A stretch of 64,000 nucleotides of DNA from Gracilinanus agilis (GCF_016433145.1 NC_058134.1:284072818-284136817), one strand, 5' to 3'; shown: positions 23,618 to 35,925, counted from the first letter of the stretch. The notes: generated by a model from the letters alone, not told the origin. A program made the numbers and translations.

Positions 23618-24183
23618 AATAAATTCATGCTCTTTGTGGTGGCAAAAAATTGGAAAATGAGGGGGATGTCTTTCAATTGGGAAATGGCTAAACAAACTGT
23701 GGAATCTGTTGGTAATGGAATACTATTGGAATAATGAACTGGAGGAATTCTATGTGAACTGGAATGACTTCCAGGAACTGATGCAGAGTGAAAGGAGCAG
23801 AACCAGGAGAACATTATACACAGAGACTGATACGCTGTGGCACAACTGAGCAAAGCAATGATCCAGAACATTTCTGAGGGACTTATGAGAAAGAATGCTA
23901 TTCACATTCAGAGGAAGAACTGTGGGAGTAGAAACACAGAAGACAAACAACTGCTTGAACACATGGGTTGATGGGGATATGATTGGGGATGTATACTCTA
24001 AAGTCTAAATGATCACCTTAGTGCAATTATCAATAATATGGAAATAGGTCTTGATCAATGATACATGTAAAACCCAGTGGAACTGCGCACCAGTTATGGG
24101 GATGGGAGGGGGGGGAAGAAAGGGAATCATGTAAACATGGAAAAACATTGTAAATTAATTAAATAAAAATTTTGATTAAAAAA
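23618..24183 (+). mobile_element. 5'-truncated L1_Mdo-type 3' end
   Basis: GCTCTTTGTGGTGGCAAAAAATTGGAAAATGAGG...GCAGAGTGAAAGGAGCAGAACCAGGAGAAC...AAACAACTGCTTGAACACATGGG; A-rich tail. Confidence 0.88.
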
Positions 24184-24204
24184 GTATGATAGAAGTGTAG
24201 GAGG

Positions 24205-24405
24205 CATATAGGGGGTTCAGTGGCTTGAGAACCATTTCTAGGAGAGAGGAGACTCTAGGTTCATATCTGGTCTCAGACATTTTCTAGCTGTGTAGCCTGA
24301 GGCAAGTCATTTTGCCTAGCTCTTACCTCTCTTCTGCCTTGGAAACAATATACAGTATGGATTCTAAGACAGAAGGTAAAGATGTTTTCCTTTTAAAAAA
24401 AAGTT
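24205..24405 (+). mobile_element. Older opossum-type SINE (SINE1/SINE2-like)
   Basis: CTAGGTTCATATCTGGTCTCAGACA...CTCTTCTGCCTTGGAAACAATATACAGTATGGATTCTAAGACAGAAGGTAA. Confidence 0.75.
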
Positions 24406-25209
24406 TGATAAAAGTACATTCTTAAAGTTTTTTTTTTGGTTATAATGGTATCTGCTGGCTCCACATTTTGGGCTAACATCTTATATTACTATTATTGTTA
24501 TGAATTTAATGGAAAGTGAGTGGGCAAATAAGTGGGAAAAGCATATGTTGGTTTCTCTTCATTTAAACTTTCCCCCCCTACATGTGCTTTGATTCTAATT
24601 TAATTTTAATTATACTATATATGAAAGAGAATTTCATATCTATATTTTCTAAGTTGATTCAATTCAGAAAATGTGTATGTAAATCAAAATTTTGTAAATT
24701 GAATCATGATATAAATGCACAAGGAATATTTACTCTGAAATAAATCTCATGGTTAATCCTCTAAAAAAATAAATAAAATAAATGGGCTATTAAGAAATAA
24801 TTAATTAATCTCTTTGACTAGATATTCAGAATCCAAGAATGAAAGAATCTGAGAGCTGGAAGGGATCCCAGGGCTTCTTCATTCTCTGATCACTCACCTT
24901 TGGCTTTCAGTTCCCAGTAGGATCCTACTAGAAATTTATATAACAATTGCTAATATTTCTATGATACTTTAAGGTTTTCAAAATGCTTCACAAATGTTAT
25001 TTTATTCTTACAAAAACCATGAGATGTAGGAGTACTCATAGGTACCCCTATTTTACAGGTAAAAAAAAACTGAGGCACTTGTAGAGGCTAAATGATTTGA
25101 CCAAGTCTTGCTCGTAAATGGCTGTTGTTGAATCTATACTCATTCATTTCTGACTCTAGGTCCAGCACTCTATCTAATGTATATCCTGAATATCTCATTG
25201 GATTGTCAT

Positions 25210-25900
25210 CCCAATGGATTTTCTGTTCCACAGACTCAGAGAACAATGGAACCTAGTAAACAAGGTATATACTCACATGTTTAAAGTCCAGATAGATTAA
25301 TAGAGATTTATTCCCCAGTGCTCTGAGGGGTGAATAAAAGATGAGAGTTCATATTTTGGTGATAAAGTAATATTGCATATAATACTTTTTCTCTGAGTCC
25401 CTTACTAGGTTCTGGACTTACCCTCATAAAAACATGCACCTTTACCAAGGTTTTGCAATAAAGCAACAGAGATCAGTTAACCCTTACCCACTGCAGCCTT
25501 TTAAGCAATCATATCTTGGTTCTCCACATTAATACAGCATCAAATTAGTTGAAAGACTCTGAGAGAGCTGTCCTTATCTTAGGAGCTGGATTCAATCAAA
25601 AGAGAAGAAATGGGGTTGATATTAGAGGGTGTTCCAAAAGGAATGGTGCTGTGTGACCTCTGCAGTCCTGATGGATTCTCCTTTGAAAGTTCTATATCAA
25701 TTTGAATCACTTTGGTTTTATCTCCTCTGTTCAGTAAGGGCACTGGGGGTTCATCTGAGTAAATCATTTAAAGGTGCTCTGGGGATGCACATTCTAAAGA
25801 TGTTGGTGAAAATCTTAATTGGCAGCTTTGAAAATAAACTTTGAACAGCAAGAGGGTATAGAGAGACAGAGGAAAAAAGTGCCAGGAGAGTATCAATTAG
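25210..25900 (-). promoter_or_regulatory. Putative promoter and 5' non-coding exon of OR 21053-21982 (unit 2)
   Basis: Paralogous to 15260-15970; O/E-like GCTCTGGGGAT 25776-25786, TAATTG 25816-25821, donor TGG|GTAAGG at 25488/25487. Confidence 0.65.
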
Positions 25901-25904
25901 TCAG

Positions 25905-27110
25905 AAAGATAAAAAGCATTTATTAAAGTCTAACTGAGCTAAGGTTTATGCTAAGAACTCAGAGTACAAAGAAAGGCAAAAAAACAGTCCTGGGACTTAA
26001 GGACCTCACTGCTAAAATGGAGAGATAATGTTCAAATGATATATTCAATCAAGATATAAATAGGACAAATTGTAGATAATCAACAAAATTAAGGCCTCAA
26101 AATTCCATGGGTCTGGAAAAGGTTTCCTGAAGAAGGTGGGATTTTAGCTTGGACCTTAAGGAAGCTGGGAAACCAGCAGGCTGAGGAGAAGTTAAATAGG
26201 TAGGAGGAGAGTAGTATCACAAAATTCTAGAGAGAAGAAGGCAATCGCTAAAGTCCAACATTGCAGAGAGATGATAAAGATAGCAAAAAAGATCACTAGA
26301 TTTGGCAATTAATAGAGCTTTTAGCAATTTTGGGGAGAGAGATTTTTTTTGAATGATGAGGTCAAAAGTCAGACTCAACAAAATTAACAAGAGAGCAAGA
26401 GGACAGGTAATGGAAGCAACTATTAAAGAGGGTCTTCTCAAACAGTTTAACCACAAAAGACAGAAGAGAGATGGAATGAGTTAGAGAAGATGGGTGGATC
26501 AGGTGAGGATTTTTTGAGGATGGAGAAGAAGACAAGACATGTCTAAATATTTGTAGACAATAAGAGAGCAGTCAGGATACAGGTAGAGACTTAAGATAAG
26601 TGAGTGAGTGGAGATGATAGAGGGAGTAATATTCCAGAAACAACTGGATGGAATGAGATCACTTGTGTATATAGAGGAGTTCACCTTGGCAAAGAGAGAG
26701 GCTACTTTATTATGTGAGACAAAGATGGAGGGTAAAATAATGGCAGAAAGCAGATAGGTCATGTGAGATGTGGAGAAGGGGAGGAGAGAGAACTCTTGGA
26801 AAATGGTTTCAATATTTTCAGTAAAATATGAGGCAAGACTCCTGGCAGAAAAGGTAAGGGTAGGAGGAATTCATGGGATGTTTGAAAAGGGATCAAAAGG
26901 TTTGAAAAAGCCACTGGTGAATGAGATTGTGAGTTAATTTTGGAGGCATAAAGGGATTTCTTTGCAGCAGTGAGGGCCCAGTTGAGGTTATAAATTTGTA
27001 GTGGACTCAGCATGGTGTCATGATTTTCTCCACTTTCATTCAGGACAATGAACTCGAACAAGAATTGAATAAAAGGATGATGGTTTGGATTAGAAGTGGG
27101 TTGCAAATTA
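25905..27110 (-). mobile_element. L2 LINE fragment including ORF2 remnant
   Basis: L2 3' end (AAGCATTTATTAAAG...) at left; ORF-track peptide NWALTAAKKSLYASKINSQSHSP is an L2 ORF2 motif. Confidence 0.75.
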
Positions 27111-27346
27111 TGTAGTATTTTTAATTATTTCAAATGCTTTACTGGAATACAGGTCGATATTTTTAAGACCAATATTTTTCCAGTGATGTTATACTGTGGA
27201 AAATTATTATGGTCTCCAAAGGATAAGTTCTAGGACACCCAATGAGTGGTGGAGTGACACACTGTGGGTATAAATAGACTGTAGCATATAATCAATAAAG
27301 CATTGTTTAAGAGAAGTGGTGCAAAAGATATACAGTATTTTTTTTT

Positions 27347-27522
27347 AAACCCTTGTACTTCGGTGTATTGTCTCATAGGTGGAAGAGTGGTAAGGGTGGG
27401 CAATGGGGGTCAAGTGACTTTCCCAGGGTCACACAGCTGGGAAGTGGCTGAGGCCAGGTTTGAACCTAAGACCTCCCATCTCTAGGCCTGACTCTCACTC
27501 CACTGAGCTACCCAGCTGCCCC
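27347..27522 (-). mobile_element. Young SINE1_Mdo-type SINE
   Basis: Full body with retained CpG; TSD ACAGTATTTTT; near-identical to 50571-50746. Confidence 0.93.
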
Positions 27523-27559
27523 CCACAGTATTTTTACCTTTGCTAAGCTTTAAAACTTT

Positions 27560-28860
27560 GGAAGGCAATATTCATGTCTCCTTTTGAGTTGTCTTAATCT
27601 TAAAGCCAAGCAAAAATATTCATTTCTGTTCTTTGTGACCAGATTTTAAGTCATCTCACCCACCTTACAACTAAATTGGTCACCTTTCTCTGGTCAAACT
27701 TTAGCTTGTCAATCTATTACTCTCCACAGTGTTTGAGCCGGAATAAATCTTGTTGAATGTTAACTATTTAATTCTCTATATTCCCAGATTCTTTCCTTTA
27801 AATCTATTCTCCAGAAGCTGTTAATATGACATTTCTAAAATACAAGTCTGATCATGCCACTCCTTTACTCAAAATTCAACATTCCCTATTGCTTCTAGAA
27901 TATAAAGAGGAAACATTCTTAATCTAGTGTTTAAAATCCTCCATACCCATGTACATTTCTGGTATTATTTTGATTTATCTTTTTTTGTGCATTATCCATT
28001 TCTTTCCTTTTTCTTTTTAATTCAAAGATATTTTATTTTCCCAATTACATTGAATAATAACTTTTAACCTACATTTTCCAAACTTATAAGATCCAAACCA
28101 TCTCCCTCCTTACTTCCCCAACCCCCATCAGAGATGGTAAGCAATTTGATCTTGGCCATACATATATTATCTTGAAAAACACACTTCCATATGGGTCAAT
28201 GTTGTAAGAGCACATTCATACAAATAAAACTGTAAATACAATGATGTGAAAGATTGTATGCCTTGATCTGCTTCCATCTGATTCCAACAGTTCTTTCTCT
28301 GGAAGTAGGTAGCATTTCCCATCATAAGGCCTTCAGAATTGTCCAAGTTTTCACAGTTGATCATCATACAGTATTGATGTTATTGTGAACAATGTTCTCT
28401 GGTTCTCCTTATTTCACTCATGCACTATCCATTTCCAACAAATTGTCCTTCTAGTGTTTCCTATACAAAACATTCCATCTCTACATTTTGTGCTTGAGTG
28501 TTGGTAGTCAACTCTATCTGTACAGCCTTTTAGAATCTCTAGCATCTATTCGAGTTCAACTCAATTGTCACTTCCTAAATAGTGCTTTACTAATTCTTCC
28601 TCTTTCCTTACCCCATGTTAATTCTGTCTCCCTTTTGAAATTATTGTATTTACTTATCTGTATAATATTCTATTTCTGTAATAGAATATATATATATGTG
28701 TGTGTGTACATATATATGTGTATATATATATATATTCTGGGGCAAGGACATGTTTCCTTCTTGTCTTTGTGTCATCAGTGTTTGGTATAGCATCTTGTTG
28801 TTAGATGTTAGAAAAATATGTGCATGTTAGAAAAAATAAATGTTTATTGAATTGATTTAA
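27560..28860 (+). mobile_element. L2 3' portion downstream of OR 28918-29850, interrupted by an L1 3' fragment (~28005-28420, minus)
   Basis: AAAATACAAGTCTGATCATGCCACTCC and L2 terminus AATAAATGTTTATTGAATTGA; marsupial L1 3'UTR motifs in the insert. Confidence 0.7.
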
Positions 28861-28917
28861 ATTTAATTGACCCGCTTTTTTGTAATTATTTTCCATGTAA
28901 TCTTGAATTTTATTAAT

Positions 28918-29850
28918 TCACTGGTGACTTGTGATCTTTTGGACCAAGTCCTTGAAAGCTTGTATCACTTGTTTGTTCCTTAGGGTGTAAATGAATGGAT
29001 TTAGGAGGGGAGCAATTGAGGTTTGGAGGATACCTACACCCTTATGGAAAGTGACATCTTCTTTTGCTGAAGGTTTAATGTACATAAACATACAGCTGCC
29101 ATAAGAGAGGGAGATGACTATCATGTGGGAGGAACAAGTAGAAAAGGCTTTTTTCCTTTGTTGAGCAGAAGGAAATCTAAGAATTGTCTGCATGATGTTT
29201 ACATAGGAGAGAATCACCAGAGTTAGAGTGAGCAGAAGTGTCACAATGGCTAAGAGAGAATCGACTAGCTCTACCAGGCCCGTGTCTGAACAGGAGATCT
29301 TCAAAAGTGGAGCAGTGTCACAGTAATAATGATTCATGATATTGGACGAGCAGAAATCCAGATGACTTGCCATTATAATTGCTGGGGCAGCAATCAGGAA
29401 CCCAGCCAACCAAGAGAAGAAGATGAGCAGGATACAGACTTTGCTGCTCATGATGGTTGTGTAATGCAGGGGCTTGCAAATGGCAATATAGCGATCATAG
29501 GACATGGCAGCAAGGAGATAAAACTCAGTGGCTCCTAGGAATATGGCAAAAAAATATTGAATGAAGCAGCCAATGAAGCTTATGGTTTTGTTCCCTGTGG
29601 TGATACTGAACAACAGTCTGGGAGTAAAAACAGATGTGAAGAGAATTTCTAAAATGGAAAAATTCCGAAGGAAGAAATACATAGGAGTTTGCAGATGGGA
29701 GTCTCTCAATGTGAGGATGATGATGGTCAGATTGCCAATGATACTAAACATGTAGGTGAGAAAGAGAAAGAGGAAAATCACAACCTGAAACTCAGAGGCA
29801 TCTGTCAGGCCCAGTAGGATGAACTCAGTCAATGTAGTGAGGTTTTTCAT
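28918..29850 (-). CDS. Olfactory receptor family 6, OR6C subfamily (OR6C4/OR2AP1-like), 310 aa, single coding exon
   Basis: Intact ORF with all canonical motifs: [49 protein letters not shown]; acceptors at -12 and -18; AATAAA 3 nt after the stop (28909-28914). Confidence 0.97.
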   Translation of the reverse strand: MKNLTTLTEFILLGLTDASEFQVVIFLFLFLTYMFSIIGNLTIIILTLRDSHLQTPMYFFLRNFSILEILFTSVFTPRLLFSITTGNKTISFIGCFIQYFFAIFLGATEFYLLAAMSYDRYIAICKPLHYTTIMSSKVCILLIFFSWLAGFLIAAPAIIMASHLDFCSSNIMNHYYCDTAPLLKISCSDTGLVELVDSLLAIVTLLLTLTLVILSYVNIMQTILRFPSAQQRKKAFSTCSSHMIVISLSYGSCMFMYIKPSAKEDVTFHKGVGILQTSIAPLLNPFIYTLRNKQVIQAFKDLVQKITSHQ

Positions 29851-30169
29851 TGTGACCTTGGCTGGAACTGAAGTTGAATAAAAGAGAAATCAATGATGAG
29901 GATAGAAGAGGAGAGGTTCAGGTTAGGAGAGTCAATGGAATAAGCACATTGACATGCATATCTTTGATTATGCTCCCCATGAGCTTTTTTTTTTTTAAGT
30001 GAAAAACAGCTTACATTGAAAGTCCTTTTCAGGACCTCCCTATGCCAACATTTCCCTATGCTTATTTTTAAATAAATAATAATAAACCAGAGAGTAGCCA
30101 GAGAAGAATGATCTGGATAGTATGAATAACAAGAGTCTACATTTAACAGGATACTTTGGATTATGTAGG

Positions 30170-31025
30170 GATGCTTAGTAAGAGAACAGTTTGGGTGACA
30201 TAATTCAGAAACTGTCTCCAAGTATTTGAAGTTATGTCATGTGGAACAGGTCTAGACTTGTTTGGGGATAGATAGAAGAACTAAAAACTGGGTATATGTT
30301 TTCAAGAAGTGGATTTCAGTTCGACGTCAAGAAAAAGTATCTAACAATAATAGTCCACCCAGAGTTGAAAGGCTGCCTCAGGAGATAGTTTCTTCTCTCT
30401 AGAACTCTTTACATGAAGGTTGAATAAACATTATTAGGTGGGAATGTTGTGAAGGGAATTCCTATTTATAAAGGGTGGTCCACATTTGAATTCCCTTCCA
30501 AATCAGGGATTTAGTACTTCTCTCGATCTACTTAACATATTTTTAAACATTATTACCCATTTCATATTTCTATTTATTTGTCACATTCTGGGATTTATAA
30601 TTTAAGAAGGACAGTGAAAAGATGGAAAGTGTTCAGAAGAAGAAAACCAGGATGGTGAAAGACCTTACTGGTTGAAGGAAGTGGGAATGTATAGTTTGCA
30701 GAAGAAAAGATATAGGAGACCATGATATCTCTCTTCAAGTATATGAAGGGCTGTTATATGATAGAAGGCTTCAGGATATCTGTTTGGCACTAGAGGGCAA
30801 TTAAAAAAAAGATAAATTTAGGTTTAATACTAGAATAAGCTTCTTACCAAACAGAGATCTCCAAAAGTGGAATGGGCTTCCTTGAGAACTCATAGAAACT
30901 CCTTCCTTGGATATCTTTAAGCAGAGTCCAGATGCCTAATTGTCTAAGATAAAAGGGATTCTTTTTGTGCATGAGTTGGTCTAAAGATGATCACCTGGAT
31001 TTCTTCCAACTCTCAAATTCTATGA
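30170..31025 (+). mobile_element. Two L3/CR1 3' fragments in the OR intron
   Basis: CTCCAAGTATTTGAAGTTATGTCATGTGGAA; AAGATGGAAAGTGTTCAGAAGAAGAAAACCAGGATGGTGAAAG; CTTCAAGTATATGAAGGGCTGT. Confidence 0.7.
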
Positions 31026-31464
31026 TTCAAGACTCAGCTCCAATTATCTTTCTTAATCCTTCCACTCCTGCAGGCATTTATTTGTGTCTTTTCCTTCCTT
31101 TCTTGTGTATTCTCTGGTGTTTCCCCACATTATATTTGTAGGAATTTTCTCTGTTCCCCTCTTAGAACCAGTGGGAACTCCTCAAAGATAGGTATCGAGG
31201 AAGACAGTAAAGGGCATACAATGATACTTGCCATCTCCCCTTACTCTTCCCGTGAGAATTCCTAGTGAGATCTGCACATGGCTGCATTTCTGCAGGGATT
31301 TCAGGTCTTATGAATCAATACTTTATGCATAGATAAGTCACCTCCAATTAATAATCATCTGTAACTATACCTTAGTTTGCCAGCAGGAGATTTTTTAAAA
31401 AAATGGAGGAGTCATAGAGTATCACAGTTGGAAGAGACTTCTGTGGCTCTCTAGTTCATCTCAT

Positions 31465-31640
31465 AAAGCAGTGACGTATAGATTCAGACTAACTGCATGA
31501 CCCTGGAAAACTACTTAACCCTGTTTGCCTCCATTTCCTCATCTGTAAAATGAGCTGGAGAAGAAATTGATAAACTTTGGTAACATTGTCAGGAAAACCT
31601 CAAATGGGGTCATGAAGAGTTAGACACTACAAAAAGTCCA
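31465..31640 (+). mobile_element. MAR1 SINE
   Basis: CTCATCTGTAAAATGAGCTGGAGAAGAAATTG...CAAATGGGGTCATGAAGAGTTAGACAC. Confidence 0.75.
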
Positions 31641-32101
31641 ATTCATTTTTGATCAAGAATTCTATCTAGACCAATACTAACAAGTAATTTTCTGGGCCTC
31701 CACTTGAATACATTCTTTTGAATTTTTAAAAAAGTTTCTCATTTCTAAGCCTCTTACTCTGCTATGGGCCAGGTTCCCCTTTCCTTCATTTGAGGGTGGA
31801 AGGAACATATAATCCTTAGTGTGTACTTGAACAGGAGCAAAGTATTTTGTTTCCTTTGCTTCCTATCTTCTCTATCTCATGCAGTGGGGGCCTTTGGGCT
31901 GCCCTGACCACTTTTCAACTGCCCTGATAATTGTTATCTTTCCTTTTATCAAACTGAAATGTGCCCCCTTTACTTTGCTTCTGATTTGGCCCTTTAATGC
32001 AACTGTACTATTGGCAGGGACCTTGTAAGGGGACCCAGAGGAGTATTTCTAAGAAGTATTTTTCTTTATCTGTTTTAAAGTATCCCCAATGTAATCTTGC
32101 T

Positions 32102-33304
32102 AGGAAGAGTGTCATGGGCAGCTGAATCTTTCCCATTGCCTGGCATCTTCTTTCTCATTGCCTTCTCTCTAACAGAGTACCAACTTAGAACAGGGAAGGA
32201 GGTACACATGTCTTTGGGATAATAACCTTTTTAGCAGAGTGCTGGGGCTTCAGGAAATGCTTCCCAGAAGCCAGCAGTCTTTTGTCACCTTCATCCTTTC
32301 TTGATTCTGTAGCATCTCCAAAACAAAGGGCACATCACTATCATCTCTTTTCTCCTTTTCCACTCCCTCTGCCTTCCTGCCTTCCTTCCCCAACTGCCCA
32401 AACTGAAATTTCATTGCTGATTCTTTCTCCATGAATATTATGGCCATTGGTCAGATAAACTTGGGCTCTCAGGAAATTTTACTTTCTATTTAATTGGATA
32501 TCCTAAGGCCTCTGCCCACTCTGGTAATTGGCTTTGGACCTTCAAGCTCCCAATAGAATCTTTCCTTATTTCCATAAAGTATTGATATATATGCAACTTA
32601 TTTTCTTGATTTACAGTCACAGAAAGAAAAAGAATATGTGGATGGTATGGGTTGGTTGAGAGGGAACCTGGTAAGTTAAGGACATAAACTCCTAAAACCC
32701 CAATTATATCCATTCAAGTTATTAATCTCAGATATCTGGAGAGGTAAATCAAAGCTCAGTTCTTGAACTGGAGACAAAGTAGGAGCCTAGTGCAACAAAT
32801 TTTATGTGAATTCCTCACCAAATCCTGCTTCCTCACAATCTCAGAAAAGTATACTTTTATTGCTAAAAGAAATGTTTAGCAATAAGCACAACCTTGCCTA
32901 GTCCCATGCTAACCTTGTGAATATTTATACTTTTTCTGTTCTTCATATTTATACAACATAGAAAAGACCCTGAAGAGCAGGTCCTACTGAAATAAGGAAA
33001 CAGGGAAAGTAAGGAGGAAAGAGAGGAGGCTGGAAAGGTTAGACTATGCCTGTACTTTGTATTCCAGAAGAATGATGCTGATGACCTCTCAAGGCAGCAG
33101 ATGGGCTCTTCTGTAGGATCCACATTAACCAGAAAGGCTGAGCTTTATCTGCTCTCTTCACTACAGTCACTGGGGAATCAACCGAATGAACAAACAAAGA
33201 TACCCTGGAGAGCTTAATGAACTTCCTTTGTTTGTAGAGAGAAGGCAATAAGAAAGAGGGTGCCAGGCAATGAGGAAGATTCAGCTGCCCATGACACTCT
33301 TCCT
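32102..33304. repeat. 70-bp inverted repeat pair (32102-32171 and 33235-33304) with 1063-bp spacer
   Basis: Ungapped 65/70 identity between arm 2 and the reverse complement of arm 1; all five differences are transitions. Confidence 0.95.
32640..33300 (-). promoter_or_regulatory. Putative promoter and 5' non-coding exon of OR 28918-29850 (unit 3)
   Basis: Diverged third copy of the upstream block (GAATGATGCTGATGACCTCT, TTTATCTGCTCT, CACTGGGGAATCA); O/E-like ACCCTGGAGAG 33202-33212 next to TAATGA 33215-33220. Confidence 0.6.
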
Positions 33305-34179
33305 GGCAGTTAGTCTTGTTTGGCCTAAAACCTAGGATACCAGAGAAGAGAAGAGGGTAGGCCTATAATAGAAACAAGTCATTATAAGAAGACTGTGCTG
33401 CTCCACCCCTACCACAAACATAGAGTTTTTCAGACTATCACATTCACAAAGGTTTAAGGTCCAGGGTGGTATCCTTCATAGGAAAAAGGGAAACAGTAAA
33501 TAGAGATCATGTGTGATAGACCTCTGATCCTAAGGAGCTCAAGACCAAAAAGGTTGAAGGTTTAAAACTTAAGATGGAAAGAGATCAGCAAAACTAGATT
33601 ATAATAAGAAAAACATAGTCTATGACAAAAGTTAAGGGCCAATGGCAAAGGCTGAATGAACTGTTTTCTTAGAATAAGGAGATAGCTGGAGAAGATGCTA
33701 TGTCAGACAGTCTACAGCCCAAGGCTGGATTTTTCAAAGAGGTGGTTGGCATAGGGAACTGTGTGGGCAAAGACCTGGAGAGAAAAACCTCAGCTCAAGC
33801 TGCATTTTTAGTACTCTAGATATTGTTTTATAGGACTATACCATGCTCTTATATACCTCCTCCATTATCTGGCCTTCAACTCCTCTAAATTTACTTTTTC
33901 ATTTTTTTTTTGCTACTTTTTATTTAGTAGTCTTTTTCTTTTAATTTTTGTTTAATTAATGCTTTTGATGTCTATAAGTGATTACAGTTCAATTATTTTA
34001 GAACAATTGTTTACAAGAGAAATACTCCTTATCATTGACCTCCAGCTGATCTAATTTGTATGTTTTCTTTGTTTTTCTTTCTTTTTAAATAAACTACCAC
34101 AAGGCTGATTAGATAGGAAGTGGGGAAGACAAGTGATAAAAATTAGTCTAGAAGGTCAGAGGAGAAAAAATGCTACAAA

Positions 34180-35030
34180 CTTCAGGAGGAATGAGTTGTA
34201 ATACAAAATGATCACAATTATTTGTGATGAGATTATGCAGTCAAATCCCACAACACGACAAAGGTTTTGTTGTATTTGACATCATCATAATGCAGAACAT
34301 TAAAAAATGGGTTAAACCAATGTGAATGGAGACCAAACTAGTCCATCACAATTATTTAAAATCAAAATGCCCTATCCTTACTTAAATGGCTAGCACACAT
34401 GGAGAACGCCACAGTGAGTAATTGACAGAGCTTTCTTTATGAGGCTAGAAATATGTTGTCATATGGCACAGTTTTAACACTGGAAAGGGGAGCCATAATG
34501 GACCCCTCGCTTGCTTATAAATGTATGCTAGATTAGAGATCTAGTTTTGTATTTCTTTCAAACATTCTGAAGAAATTATTGTATGGTTCCATTATGACAA
34601 CACTATTGCATACGTCCATTACAACAGTCAAATTTGTCAAAAATCTAAGTCATTCAAGACAGGGACCAAAGTTTACTTCTGATGCATTTTTTGGTAGTTT
34701 CCACAGCTCTGTTTTTCACATTTAAATCCTAGATTTTTAAACTCAGATTATCTCTAATAACATATTGTCCACTATAGCTGAATTTTACATCAATTATTGA
34801 GGAAATTATTTCAGACAAGATGAGTTTACTAGGATCCTTAAGCAACTTAGAATTGCTTCTATACATAAATGGCATAATTCCAAGGTTCCAAAGACTAGTC
34901 TATGAATCATCTGCAAATAAATGTATTTTATAATCACTACTGATAGAGATAGACTTGATCCTCAGCCTTGTATTAATCATCAGCGCCATGAGCCTGAACA
35001 CTAGCATCTATGGTATAGTAACTGTTGTAG
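34180..35030 (+). mobile_element. Possible Penelope-like retroelement reverse transcriptase remnant (frameshifted)
   Basis: Ordered degenerate motifs GFVVFDI (34263-34283), GAIM/GPLA..MYARLE (~34489-34540), IIVWFHYDN (34575-34601), FVKNLS..PKFT (~34633-34677). Confidence 0.45.
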
Positions 35031-35669
35031 GATCTATATATTGACCTTCTTCTTTCTTCAAGTTATATCATTTTAGTCTTTTGTTTCTTTTAGATATATT
35101 CTATAACTTTATTGTTTTATCATTGGTAGACAATAGAAATAAAGGAGCATTTTTCTAAGGCAAGTACCTAATCCTGTTTTTCTTTTCTTCAATTTCTAAG
35201 CTTTTAAGGTAGTCTAACTCAGGTTTATGGTTTTGGAAAGTGCTATAAACATTATATTTTCCTCTGCTATGTTTTTTTCCTCCTCCTATTGTAAGATGAT
35301 GACTCCATTTCCTTTATCACCTTTATTTGAACATATCCTTAGTTATCCTACATATTTTATTTTATGTGTTGAAAAACATTATTCAGAGAAGAGGCCCATA
35401 GATTTCACCAGGCTGTCAAAGGGGCCCATGGCACAAAAAATAATAAGAACCCTTGCCATTGAGAGTAACTACAATAGTTCAGAGATACCCCAACATTTCA
35501 TGGGACACAAAATCTTAAAAAGGAGCCACTAGTAAACACCTACTATCCCAGATATTCATATACAGGTCCATAAATAATGATTTACAAGAAAGATAAACTG
35601 GAGGTTTTAATTCAATCATTTGACTATAATCATATAGGCATCATTGAGACATAGTGGGATGAGAATAAT

Positions 35670-35925
35670 GACTGAAATATGACCAGAAAGATATACTGTT
35701 GAATCTTTTCTGACTCTTTGTGACTCCATTGAGAGTTTTCTTGGAAAATATATTGAAATGGTTTGCCATTTCTTTCTCCTACTAATTTTATAGATAAGGA
35801 AGTGAGGCAAACAGGTACAGAGGTCACACAGTTAGTAAATGTCTGAGGCCATATTTGAACTTATGAAGATGATTTATCTTGATTCTAAGCCTAGTGCTCT
35901 ATCTGCTGTGCCACCTACCTGCCCC
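35670..35925 (-). mobile_element. MAR1 SINE
   Basis: GTTTTCTTGGAAAATATATTGAAATGGTTTGCCATTTCTTTCTCC...GTGCCACCTACCTGCCCC. Confidence 0.8.

Noticed and set aside
26759-27106. 115-aa ORF as a host gene
   Set aside because: L2 ORF2 remnant
27440-27522. tRNA genes at SINE heads (also 14110-14188, 50670-50746, 58570-58647)
   Set aside because: tRNA-derived SINE 5' ends with SINE bodies, A-tails and TSDs; no cloverleaf
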